A DNA stretch of 63,986 bases, counting the filler, from Octopus bimaculoides (Eukaryota), in the NCBI RefSeq assembly GCF_001194135.2. It is 5 parts of 5 records of this genome, joined end to end, with 100 filler letters (N's around TTAATTAATTAA, not from the genome) between each part and the next. Parts side by side here need not be neighbours in the genome. Positions count along the whole stretch, not along the records: positions 1 to 16,544 come from NC_069008.1; positions 16,645 to 46,921 come from NC_068984.1; 3 more parts are not named here. The stretch is one strand, 5' to 3'. Below, piece after piece: positions 10,961-22,639 of this stretch. How positions within the stretch are numbered: position 1 is the first letter of the stretch; each line of letters begins with the position of its first letter. The notes beneath the pieces are model-generated. The model searched no databases. It saw nothing but the letters and a program-made list of their open reading frames with translations, and was not told the DNA's origin. The position numbers and the translations under genes were made by a program.

Positions 10961-11725
10961 GTTGGTCAAACTAGGGCGAGGAAGGGGGACAGCTACCATT
11001 ACAATTGCATTTAAAACAAAAATCCAAAGATTTTTTTTTTACACTTGTTACTTTTCATGAATATTTATATTTTATGCGAAAATAGGTTTGGGAGTAATAA
11101 ACTGTTTTTGAAACACAACTCTTTCAGATGTTAATTAACTTCAATGTAGTTTACCGACATAAATAGTTTTACCACAGCTGACTTAGATGCAGGAAAGCAG
11201 TATCCATCCATGATCCTCTTTCAGGGCTTCCAACCCTAAAGGCAGGAAGGTAGGAAATAATTGTCTGACCCCAGGATCTGACTTAAATGCTTGCAAGAGA
11301 GAAGATTCTGATAAAGGCATCCAAAGTGCCTCACATTAGGCTTGAAACCAAATCAATTTAGTAATGAACTGGGCTGGTGCTAGGAAGTGCAGGACCCATT
11401 TAGAGAATTGTTAGTGGGGCCCTCTATTCTACAATAGCTAAAGATTGGTGTTTTATGATTTGTGTAGTTTGCCAAACCTAGCCAAAAAATGTTAAGGGCT
11501 TAAGACCCCCACCATTAGCCATAATTGAAAGCTCATAAAAAAGTGTTAATGTTTTATTACAAGTCAAGATAAGAAAATTGTATTGAATTTTTAAACCTTT
11601 CAAATGATACAATTTCAAGTTCTCAAGTTGTGTTATACTGAAGAGTCTAGGATAAGGGTGAAATAGCACTATCTACAACTATAGGAATGTCTAATGGATT
11701 TTATGGAAAAATAGAAACACCCTAT

Positions 11726-12036
11726 TTGTTGTTGCTTGTTCCTTCTTGAGCCATGGCTGGCTCATAAGGGCTGGTTTCCTGGTTTCATTGGTGTATAAGT
11801 TCCCCACCTGGATGGGACACTGGTCCATCACAGGTGAGCTGCTACATGCAGGAGGAAAAAGTAAGAGAAAGTTGTGATGAAAGAGTCAACAGAAGTTCAC
11901 ATTTACCTTCTACCGGAACCACGTGGAGCTTAGGTGTTTCGCTCATAAACACATACATCGCCTGGTCTGAGATTCGAACCTGCAATCCCTTGACTATGAC
12001 TCCGCTGCTCTAACCACTAGGCCATGTGTCTCTGCC
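11726..12036 (-). mobile_element. SINE: tRNA head + body B2 + tail T2, with perfect 11-bp TSD
   Basis: TSD aaacaccctat at 11715-11725 and 12037-12047; B-box-like gttcgaatc on the minus strand. Confidence 0.9.
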
Positions 12037-12637
12037 AAACACCCTATACTCTTTTACTAATAAGAAAAGACCTCTCAAGACAAGGAAAAACAACACACAC
12101 ACACACACACACACACTCACACACACAAAGAAAAAGATAAGATACAAACCCTGAAATAGTTCTCCCTCCTTAAGGAGAATTCTCATACTCTCTGTCACCT
12201 TACAGCAATCACTCTCTCTCTCTCTCTTTCTTCCTCATACTCAGTAAGCAACAACAAGCAGCAGAAGCTATGGTCATCAGGCAAGTCACCCTGTGTTTGT
12301 GAAGAGGCCTTCTATAAACATGTATTTCTGGCTGTCAAAGGGTTTTATTTCATCAAAACATTTTCTGCTCAAGTATGTGCACAAGGCCCAATTTGAACAA
12401 ATCTCTCCAATTGGCTTAAAACCAGCCTTGGTAGTGAATTCCTTAACCATAGAGTCATATCAGTGGTCAGGGTTTTATTGTCAAATCATGGAAACTCTTC
12501 ACCTATCCTGCAATTGTAAGAAACAGCTGCCAAATCCCCCTCACGTCACATGACTGTCTGAGAGTCGGGAAGGACACATTGGTCAATGTAGTCCTTGACT
12601 TACTTATAAAAGACTTGGAATAATCATATTGGAATGC

Positions 12638-12810
12638 TGGTGGTAAGCTGGCAGAATCATTAGCATGCTTGGCAAAATGCTTAACAGCATTTCGTCTGTC
12701 TCTAAGTTCAAATTCCACTGAGGTTCATTTTGCCTTTCATCCTTTTGGGGGTCGATGTGATTAACAAGACCCTCCCCTAAAAAAATTTCATGTCTTGTGT
12801 CTACTGTAGA
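12638..12810 (+). mobile_element. SINE family N (CpG-decayed)
   Basis: ggtggtaagctggcagaatcattagc...gcctttcatccttttgggggtcga. Confidence 0.8.
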
Positions 12811-12854
12811 TAGGATTATAGACCTGCTCATATGAGGCTGACCTAATTCTTTTA

Positions 12855-13301
12855 TTCTTTTACATGTTTCAGTCATTTGACTGTGGCCATGCTGGAGCAC
12901 CACCTTAGAGTTTTAGTCAAAGACTTATTCTTTGTAAGTCTAGTACTTATTCTATTAGTCTCTTTTGCCAAACTGCTTACTTACAGGGGCATAAACACAC
13001 CAACACCTGTTGACAAGTGGTGATAGGGGAACAAACAGAGACACGTAAATATATAGGCACAGGCATGGTTCTGTGGTAAGAAGTTTGCTTCCCAACCACA
13101 TGGTTCTGGGTTCAGTCCCACTGCATGGCACCTTGGGCAAGCGTCTTCTGCCTCAGACCAACCAAAGCCTTGTGAGTGGATTTGGTAGATGGAAACTGAA
13201 AGAACCCTGCTGTATTTATATATATGCATTTGTATGTGTGTGTGTGTGTAACTGTGTTTGTCTCCCAGCCATCGCTTGACGACTGATGCTGGTGTGTTTG
13301 T
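12855..13301. mobile_element. Two family A segments in opposite orientation
   Basis: Minus 3' half at 12855-13050, then a plus copy from ~13056 running into the gap. Confidence 0.75.
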
Positions 13302-13632
13302 NNNNNNNNNNNNNNNNNNNNNNNNNNNNNNNNNNNNNNNNNNNNNNNNNNNNNNNNNNNNNNNNNNNNNNNNNNNNNNNNNNNNNNNNNNNNNNNNNNN
13401 NNNNNNNNNNNNNNNNNNNNNNNNNNNNNNNNNNNNNNNNNNNNNNNNNNNNNNNNNNNNNNNNNNNNNNNNNNNNNNNNNNNNNNNNNNNNNNNNNNNN
13501 NNNNNNNNNNNNNNNNNNNNNNNNNNNNNNNNNNNNNNNNNNNNNNNNNNNNNNNNNNNNNNNNNNNNNNNNNNNNNNNNNNNNNNNNNNNNNNNNNNNN
13601 NNNNNNNNNNNNNNNNNNNNNNNNNNNNNNNN

Positions 13633-13677
<45 letters not shown>

Positions 13678-13681
<4 letters not shown>

Positions 13682-15183
13682 GTCATCCCATAAATTATGC
13701 GGTTTTTTCAATTGTATGAACTAAAAGTCAGAGGGGCTGGGATAAACTACCTGTATCAACTTGCTAGAAAAGCAGGTAGTAATTTTACCTTGTACTCATT
13801 ATTAGTGCAAGTTTTGAAGAGTACAGTTCGATTTTAACAGTTATTGTTTCAAAGCTATATTGGAAGTGACAAAGGAGCATATTCGGCATATTTTGCTTTA
13901 TGAGTTCAATAAAGGTAACAGCACAACGGAAAGTGCGAGGAATATTAATGCAGTATATGGGGATCATTTAATAAGCCAGTGACAATGGTGGTTCCAGAAA
14001 TTCCAAGCCAGAAACTAGAGAATTGAAGACAAGCCTTGTCCTGGAAGATCTGTAGAGCTTGACGAGGATGTCCTGCAAACCCTGGTGGAACAAAATCCCA
14101 TTGTAACTGTTGAGGAACCAGCAGAAAAGCATGGATTTGGTCATTCAACCATTCATCGACATCTGTATGCCGTTGGAAAAGTCAGCAAATTGGATCAATA
14201 GGTTCCTTGCAAACTTTCCAAGTCTAATTTCACACAGAGAGTGAATGTATGATTTTCTTTGGTGTCAGAAATGGGTTCTCTATAAAAATATCAAGTGCTG
14301 AAGACAGTGAGTAGGGAAAGGAGAAACACCGGCACCCCAGGCTAAAAAGGGTCTGCACACACATAAGGTGTTGTTATCTGTTTGGTGGGATATGAAAGGT
14401 TTAGTTCACCTTAACCCATTGCCTCCCATAATTCTATTAACTGGAATTTTTTTTATGAAACTTTGATTTCTAGCATAAAACAGCCTTAGAAATACACTGG
14501 AATGATCAAAATAACATTTTAAATAGAAATAAGCAAGATATTGGGTGAAAAATTAGCAAACCTCATTTGAATATCGGAGAAATATACCTAGTAAAGGTTA
14601 GATATGTGTAAATATTGACAGATAATTAGGAAATTTGTAATTTTTAAGTGATCTCATATGAGATCACTGGTAGGGGATGGGTTAAACTTTTAAACCCAAA
14701 CCAAACAATAACAAAGGAGATCTACTGCAAGCAGCTTGGGTGGCTTAAATCAGTGCTAGAAGGAAAATGACCATCTTTGGTTTCAAGATGAAAAGTGTTC
14801 TTCCATCAGGATAATGCTTGGCCATATACAGCGAGGATGACATTCCAAAGGCTGGAGCAGTTTGAATGGGAAACGATGCCCCACCCACCCACTATATTCG
14901 CCAGACATTGCCCCATCTGATTATAATTTATCCTACAGTCTTCAAAATCATTTGGATGGAAAAAATATGAATTCTGTAGACAAGGTCAGAACAATACTGG
15001 AGGAGTATTTTTCATCATAGACAAGTGAATTTGGGGAGAGGAGCCTTACAAGTCTACCAGATATATGGAAGAGCATTGTAGAAAATGAAGGAGAGTATAT
15101 TTTAGATTAAAAAAGAACTTTATCTTAATTTTGAAAAGTAAAAGAAGTATAAAAAAAACTGCATTATTGATAGGATGACCCAA
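13678..15183 (+). mobile_element. Near full-length mariner transposon, pseudogenised
   Basis: TIRs ttgggtcatcccataaattatgcggtttttt and aaaaaaactgcattattgataggatgacccaa. Translation EHIRHILLYEFNKG...WFQKF...LLSVWWDMKG...FHQDNA...YSPDIAPSDY. Many stops; the IVTGD segment carrying the first catalytic Asp is deleted. Confidence 0.95.
14415..14681. mobile_element. piggyBac-like MITE nested in the mariner
   Basis: TTAA duplicated at 14411-14414 and 14682-14685; CCC...GGG termini (11/14 inverted match). Excision restores the frame GLVHLKLLNPNQTIT. Confidence 0.85.
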
Positions 15184-15196
15184 ACATATATATAAT

Positions 15197-16170
15197 TTGG
15201 CATCCGTTTTGTCTCAGGGGACAATGGAATTGCGCATAAAATAATCTAGTCTTTTTTTTACACTTCATATCCTAATACATTTCCTGCTGTGGCTGCGTAG
15301 TCCTATGCGGGACAAAAACTCCCCCTGGCAGGGGCCGCAAATGTAGCGAAGACTTTGCCCAGCTGGTTGTAATGTCATAGTTTCTTGTCGACGTATTTTC
15401 TTGTCTTTCCATTTCTCCTCTCTCCCTCTGTCACTCTTTTGTGTTCCTTCTTCTATGGTGCGTCGCCAATCTCCACGGTTGCTGGCAACCACTTCCCAGT
15501 TGCTAATATTGATGTCGCAGGCCTTCATATCCCTTTTGCAAACATCCTCGTAAGAACGGTCTTCCCACAGACCTAATGCCCCTAGCAAGCTCTCCGTAGA
15601 GTATGCCCTTGGGGATTCTGCCATCTTCCATATGACTTACATGTCCAAGCCATCTCATACCATCTTTGTGTGAGGAGTGCAAACATGCTTGGTATTCCTG
15701 CTTGCTTGAGGACATCTTTGTTGGGGACAAATATCCTGCCATTTGATGCCAAAGATTTTCTGGAGGCAGTGCAGGTGAAAGATATTTAGGCAATGCTCTT
15801 GGCATGTGTATGGCACCCAGGTCTCACTGCCATACAGTACAGTGCTAAGTGCACAGGCCTAGTAAATCTTCATTTTTGTGGTCTTGCTCAGCTTATTGTT
15901 GTCCCATGCCCGTTTGGAGAGTTGGGCCATCACAGCAGCTGCCTTGCCAATGCGTATATTGAGCTCGGCATCAAGGGATAGGTTGTAGATGACGGTAGAG
16001 CAAAAGATAGGTAAATTTCTCCATCTCCTGTAGACTGTGGTCTCCAATATATATGTTTGGGATGTCTGATGTAGCCTGACCCATGATGCTGGTTTTCTTG
16101 AGGCTGATAACTAAGCCAAAGTCGCTACATGCTTGCTCAAAGCACTTGATGAACCTTTACAGGGCTTCTT
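15197..16170 (-). mobile_element. 5'-truncated RTE-clade LINE (RT C-terminal half to 3' UTR)
   Basis: LDAELNIRIGKAAAVM; RWLGHVSHMEDGRIPKGILYGEL; YEDVCKRDMK; terminal CGPCQGEFLSRIGLRSHSRKC; frameshifted. Confidence 0.9.
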
Positions 16171-16174
16171 CTCT

Positions 16175-16207
<33 letters not shown>

Positions 16208-16210
<3 letters not shown>

Positions 16211-16370
16211 CCAAGAGAGTTAGGGGCTGAGGATTCAACACACTAGAGGGATAATATATATCCAATATACTGCTGGGAGGGTACCCAATTATTGTTACAC
16301 TAGTATTATACCAAGTGCAATAAGTGGGTGCAGGTAAAAGGGTTTTTTTTACCCTAAATTTATATAGCAA
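16208..16370 (+). repeat. Unclassified dispersed repeat family E
   Basis: Strong similarity to the reverse complement of 35476-35622. Confidence 0.75.
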
Positions 16371-16544
16371 TAAGAAAATGGAAGGGGAATATGAGGTGCC
16401 CATCAACTTGCAGACACTATATTCCGTTGATTAATCTGTTCATTTTATAACCAAAATGACAAAAAAGACAATATACAGACACTTATGACATACCATGTCA
16501 TATCAACAATTAAGATTTCAAATTTCAATGGACATCTAGCAATT

Positions 16545-16644
16545 NNNNNNNNNNNNNNNNNNNNNNNNNNNNNNNNNNNNNNNNNNNNTTAATTAATTAA
16601 NNNNNNNNNNNNNNNNNNNNNNNNNNNNNNNNNNNNNNNNNNNN
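16545..16644. other. Synthetic scaffold-join spacer
   Basis: 44 N + TTAATTAATTAA + 44 N = 100 nt. Confidence 0.9.
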
Positions 16645-17241
16645 CAAATGCTCAGAGGGTACAATATTTATCCCTCCTCTTCCTCCTCTTGCTCCCAGTT
16701 CACTATTCCTGTAACACGTTACTAAGGCAAATACAACACCCACCCACCCACTTACGGCCCGCCCCCACCTCCCCAAATTCCACAGTTATGCTTCTGTGCA
16801 AATTTTGGAGGATTCCGCAAAATAGCAATCGATATCATCAAATTATGATGGCGGACAAACAGAAATCTAATTTAAAATGAAATTAGTAATGAGCTTGCAG
16901 GTGTTATTGTGCTTGTTGTTCTCTTGCCAGTATTGCTTTGTAACAACAACAACAACAACAACAGTAATAATAATAACAATAATAATTGTAACAATAGTAA
17001 TAGTAACAGCACTAAAAATAGTAGCAATCTTTTCTACTATAGGCAGAAGGCCTGAAATTTAGTGAGGAGGGGACTGGTCGATGATATCAACCCCAATGTT
17101 TCACTGGTACTTAATTTATCGGCCTCGAATTGATGAAAGGTGAAGTCGATGTCGGTGGAATTTGAACTCAGAAAGTAGCTGCAGACGAAATACCGCTAAG
17201 TATTTCGCAAGGCGCGCTAACAATTCTTCCAGCTTGCCGCC

Positions 17242-17290
<49 letters not shown>

Positions 17291-17328
17291 CAACAATAAG
17301 AACATCAGCAATAACTAATAACAACAAC

Positions 17329-17359
<31 letters not shown>

Positions 17360-17785
17360 NNNNNNNNNNNNNNNNNNNNNNNNNNNNNNNNNNNNNNNNN
17401 NNNNNNNNNNNNNNNNNNNNNNNNNNNNNNNNNNNNNNNNNNNNNNNNNNNNNNNNNNNNNNNNNNNNNNNNNNNNNNNNNNNNNNNNNNNNNNNNNNNN
17501 NNNNNNNNNNNNNNNNNNNNNNNNNNNNNNNNNNNNNNNNNNNNNNNNNNNNNNNNNNNNNNNNNNNNNNNNNNNNNNNNNNNNNNNNNNNNNNNNNNNN
17601 NNNNNNNNNNNNNNNNNNNNNNNNNNNNNNNNNNNNNNNNNNNNNNNNNNNNNNNNNNNNNNNNNNNNNNNNNNNNNNNNNNNNNNNNNNNNNNNNNNNN
17701 NNNNNNNNNNNNNNNNNNNNNNNNNNNNNNNNNNNNNNNNNNNNNNNNNNNNNNNNNNNNNNNNNNNNNNNNNNNNNNNNNNNNN

Positions 17786-17819
<34 letters not shown>

Positions 17820-17861
17820 GATATATATATATATACACACATATATACTACATAAATATAT

Positions 17862-17962
17862 GGATTCGCGGTCGGAGGATCGCGATTTCGGTTCCCAGAC
17901 TGTGCATTGTTCCGTTGATCGGATCAACTGGAACGCTCGTCGTCGTAACCGACGGAGTTCCG
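17862..17962 (+). mobile_element. Internally deleted SINE (tRNA head fused to the end of T1)
   Basis: Head like 9730-9775 joined directly to gttccgttgatcggatcaactggaac...gacggag. Confidence 0.75.
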
Positions 17963-18840
17963 CGACATAAATATATAATAATGTATTTATTATTGTATAA
18001 AATGTAATAATATAATATAAAATAAAACAATGATAGTGATGATATAATGCAATATATCATTAATATATTATGGTTACTATTAGCAGCGGTAGCAGTAGCA
18101 GCAGCAGTAGTAGTGTTGTTTATGTTACAGCTAGTGTTGGCATCAATTTTATGCTCCAGTGATTTCTGCGAGACTGTAACGTTTGTTTTGGTATTTGCAG
18201 GAACACTGATTGGTGCAATCTAATGCAATTGTGTGTAGAATTTAGTGAGTACATCAACAGAACCGAGACAATATAGAATAGATAATAGTGTATTCGGTTT
18301 CGATACGCGGACCGGGCGGTGCATGGCTGATAGCGAAGTAGTGTTGTGAAATAAAGGAATTTTTTGATTCGTTTAAATGTTTCAGACACGTTTATTCTTG
18401 AAAAAGGCCATTTTTGCTGCGGGTTGTCATGGAGAGAAGTTATCGCTTTATGCAAAAGGTGTGAAACACCACTTGATTTCTAGTTATTTCGGAGTTGTCT
18501 CTCTTGGTGTGTAATAATAATTATTTCTACTCTAGGTACAAGGCCTTGAAAATGTTTGGAGAAGGGGGTTAGCCGACTATATCGACCCTAGTGCGTAACT
18601 GGTACTGAATTTATGGACCCCGAAAGGATGAAAAGCAAAGTTGACCTCGGCGGAATTTGAACTCGGAACGTATCGGCAGACGAAACATCGCTGAGCATTT
18701 CGCCCAGCGTGCTACCATTTCTGCCAGCTCGTCGCCTTGGTGTGCAATAGTAGTGAGAAGAAAGGGAGCTCGAAGTGCATATATTAGTCCATAGGGGGCG
18801 TTCCGAAATGTCTTTGGCGTTTTATTACATCTTTTGGCTA

Positions 18841-19115
18841 GTGAAGGCGCGTGGCTTAGTGGTTAGGGCATTCGGCTTAAGATCGTTAGGTCGTGAGTTC
18901 AATCCTGACAACGCGTAGTGTCCTTGAGCAAGACACTTTATTTCCTGTTGCTCCAGTCCACTCAGCTGGCAAAGATGAGTAGTACCAGTATTTCAAAGAA
19001 CCAGCCTTGTCATATTCTGTGACAAACTGAATTTCCCTGAGAATTACATTAACGATATGCACGTCTGGTGGAGTACTCGGCCACTTGTACGTCTATTTCA
19101 TGAGCAGGCTGTTCC
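18841..19115 (+). mobile_element. SINE: tRNA head + CORE-like body + tail T1 (3'-truncated)
   Basis: ggcgcgtggcttagtggttagg head; gtgtccttgagcaagacac body; T1 sequence up to gagcaggctgttccg. Confidence 0.85.
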
Positions 19116-19685
19116 GGCAGGTTTTATTGTAATAATGATATTAGTTTCGCCTGGAGAGGAAGTACTCGACACCAGTATATATCTGGTACTATGTTGATTA
19201 TGAAACCTCCAAAGATGAAAGGTGAAGTCAGTCAAAGTACGATTTGAACCTAAAACGCGTAAAGTACATAATTCAGTTGTGTTACTCTATTTCGCCTGAC
19301 TCTCTACCGATTCTACCTGTAGGCCGCCACCTGTCTCAACCACGACGACGACGACGACCACCACCACCACCCAAAAATAATGATGATGATGATGATGATG
19401 GTGATCGCATTACTACTACTGCTGCTGCTGCTGCTACTACTACTACTACTACTACTAATAATAATAATAACAGCAACAATGATAATGGTTTCAACGTTTG
19501 GTAGAAAGCCAGTCATTTTGGAAGAGGGGGCACGTCGATTACATTGACCCATTCCCACCCCCAGTGTTCAACTGGTACTTATTTTATCGCCCCTGAAAGG
19601 ATGAAAGGCAAAGTCGGCCTTGGCAGAATTTGAACTCAAAATGTAAATGCCACTAAGCACTTTGGCATGGTAACGATTTTACCAC

Positions 19686-20013
19686 ACCATTCCCGTTTGA
19701 TTCCAGAATCGAAAAGAAAGAGGACGAAAGAAAGAAAAGAAAATAGAATCCCTTAAAATTTGAAAAGGAACAACTTGGAGCATGAGAACGGTAAAGTTTG
19801 TGAAGGAGATTGGAATAAAATGCCCGGTAGAGCTCCTACAGAAGGTTCGTCTCTTAGGGACAACAAGAACTATCAGGAGGGCCTTAAGCAATGGAAAGAC
19901 TGCTGAAAACTTGTGGATACTCAAGGTTATAGGTAGAAACCCGCTACCCACATAAATCCTATCAGGAATAAGACTGAACCTGAGTAAAAGAGAGAAATAA
20001 TAATAATAATAAT
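19686..20013 (+). mobile_element. 3' end of a restriction-like-endonuclease (R4/Dong-type) LINE
   Basis: IPFDSRIEKKEDE...WSMRTVK...EIGIKCPVELLQKVRLLGTTRTIRRAL matches the RLE-clade C-terminus; followed by (AAT)n. Confidence 0.65.
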
Positions 20014-20225
20014 CCTTTCTAATTTAGGAACAAGGCCTGAAATTTGGGGGAGGGGACTAGTCGATTACATCGACCCCAGTCTTTCACTGGTACTTAATTT
20101 ATCGACGCCGAAAGGATGAAAGGCAAAGTAGACCTCGGTGGAATTTGAACTCAGAACGTAAAGACGGGCGAAATATCGCTAAGCATTTTGCCCGGCGTGC
20201 TAACGATTCTGCCAGTTCGCCACCT

Positions 20226-20271
<46 letters not shown>

Positions 20272-22554
20272 NNNNNNNNNNNNNNNNNNNNNNNNNNNNN
20301 NNNNNNNNNNNNNNNNNNNNNNNNNNNNNNNNNNNNNNNNNNNNNNNNNNNNNNNNNNNNNNNNNNNNNNNNNNNNNNNNNNNNNNNNNNNNNNNNNNNN
20401 NNNNNNNNNNNNNNNNNNNNNNNNNNNNNNNNNNNNNNNNNNNNNNNNNNNNNNNNNNNNNNNNNNNNNNNNNNNNNNNNNNNNNNNNNNNNNNNNNNNN
20501 NNNNNNNNNNNNNNNNNNNNNNNNNNNNNNNNNNNNNNNNNNNNNNNNNNNNNNNNNNNNNNNNNNNNNNNNNNNNNNNNNNNNNNNNNNNNNNNNNNNN
20601 NNNNNNNNNNNNNNNNNNNNNNNNNNNNNNNNNNNNNNNNNNNNNNNNNNNNNNNNNNNNNNNNNNNNNNNNNNNNNNNNNNNNNNNNNNNNNNNNNNNN
20701 NNNNNNNNNNNNNNNNNNNNNNNNNNNNNNNNNNCTGGAAACATGGGTGTTTTGCTCAACATCCTTAAACAAACCTTATTCAGGGACCTTTTGAGCGGGA
20801 TGGGCTACTCGACCTGAAGAAAATTCTAACTGGGCCCCACCTGCGAGGTCATGTGCTGTTTATCTTGATATGAGATCACCATGTCGTGCACATATGGTTG
20901 TGATGCATGTGCCTGGTGTACCCTTATCAGACGGGTAGTCATGATGGGTATACTGGGCTTCGTATATTTTTCCCCAGTGTCACTTTGATGGCATGCACTG
21001 CTCTCTCACTCAATAATAATAATAATAACAACAATGACGACGACGACGATGATGATGATGATGGCAATGGTGAGAGGGGGAGAGGCAGGAAAATCGGGGA
21101 AGAAGAATCTGAAGAAGAAAAGGGAAAAGAAGGTAAGCATCACCGAGAGTCCTGATATAATTATTTGTGAGAAACAAGAACAACAAGAACAACAACGCCA
21201 TTTAATGTTTCCAAGTTGAAAACATCCTTTAGCTAAAAGTTGTTTGAAAAACAAGAAATGGAAGTCAGCAATAAACTGTTCTTTTGACTCTAAATCGAAT
21301 GAATTCAATAAAAGGATGTATCGAGTGGGGTGGGGGTGGGAGAGGCAAAGTCGGAGGAAGGAACAGATCAAAGAGTTTGGAGAGAAATATTTGAATAGAG
21401 AAATAAGAATTCCTGGTAAATATCCAGGAATATATCCACCACCTGGTGCTCTTCCGTGTGTGTGTGTGTGTATTGTATTTGTTGAGTTTAATGTTGTATA
21501 ATATATGGCATACGCTGATGATTACTACGACGACGACGACGACCACCACCACTACCACCACCACCACCACCACCACCATTCTGTCGTCATAAACAAAGAT
21601 CAAATCTGAAAGCTACTCGCAGACATTGGTTAAAGTCTAAAAGCTAACAAGTGATATGATGCTTACTCCTGATACATAAGTGATGGNNNNNNNNNNNNNN
21701 NNNNNNNNNNNNNNNNNNNNNNNNNNNNNNNNNNNNNNNNNNNNNNNNNNNNNNNNNNNNNNNNNNNNNNNNNNNNNNNNNNNNNNNNNNNNNNNNNNNN
21801 NNNNNNNNNNNNNNNNNNNNNNNNNNNNNNNNNNNNNNNNNNNNNNNNNNNNNNNNNNNNNNNNNNNNNNNNNNNNNNNNNNNNNNNNNNNNNNNNNNNN
21901 NNNNNNNNNNNNNNNNNNNNNNNNNNNNNNNNNNNNNNNNNNNNNNNNNNNNNNNNNNNNNNNNNNNNNNNNNNNNNNNNNNNNNNNNNNNNNNNNNNNN
22001 NNNNNNNNNNNNNNNNNNNNNNNNNNNNNNNNNNNNNNNNNNNNNNNNNNNNNNNNNNNNNNNNNNNNNNNNNNNNNNNNNNNNNNNNNNNNNNNNNNNN
22101 NNNNNNNNNNNNNNNNNNNNNNNNNNNNNNNNNNNNNNNNNNNNNNNNNNNNNNNNNNNNNNNNNNNNNNNNNNNNNNNNNNNNNNNNNNNNNNNNNNNN
22201 NNNNNNNNNNNNNNNNNNNNNNNNNNNNNNNNNNNNNNNNNNNNNNNNNNNNNNNNNNNNNNNNNNNNNNNNNNNNNNNNNNNNNNNNNNNNNNNNNNNN
22301 NNNNNNNNNNNNNNNNNNNNNNNNNNNNNNNNNNNNNNNNNNNNNNNNNNNNNNNNNNNNNNNNNNNNNNNNNNNNNNNNNNNNNNNNNNNNNNNNNNNN
22401 NNNNNNNNNNNNNNNNNNNNNNNNNNNNNNNNNNNNNNNNNNNNNNNNNNNNNNNNNNNNNNNNNNNNNNNNNNNNNNNNNNNNNNNNNNNNNNNNNNNN
22501 NNNNNNNNNNNNNNNNNNNNNNNNNNNNNNNNNNNNNNNNNNNNNNNNNNNNNN

Positions 22555-22588
<34 letters not shown>

Positions 22589-22639
22589 TGTGTGTGTGTG
22601 TTTGTGCGCATATATATATATATACATATATATATCTAT

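Larger units (their letters stand above)
17026..20226 (-). mobile_element. Cluster of five co-oriented family N SINEs (~17026-17242, 18524-18737, 19165-19335, 19500-19685, 20014-20226)
   Basis: Each carries the gaaaggatgaaaggcaaagtcgacctcggcggaatttgaactc core or a variant; (AAT)n tails on most copies. Confidence 0.85.

Noticed and set aside
16589-16600. TTAATTAATTAA as a homeodomain site or biological repeat
   Set aside because: It sits centred in identical 44-N flanks four times, so it is an assembly marker.
18386-18458. KKAIFAAGCHGEKLSLY resembling the MsrA active-site region
   Set aside because: The catalytic GCFWG motif is absent; a short chance resemblance.
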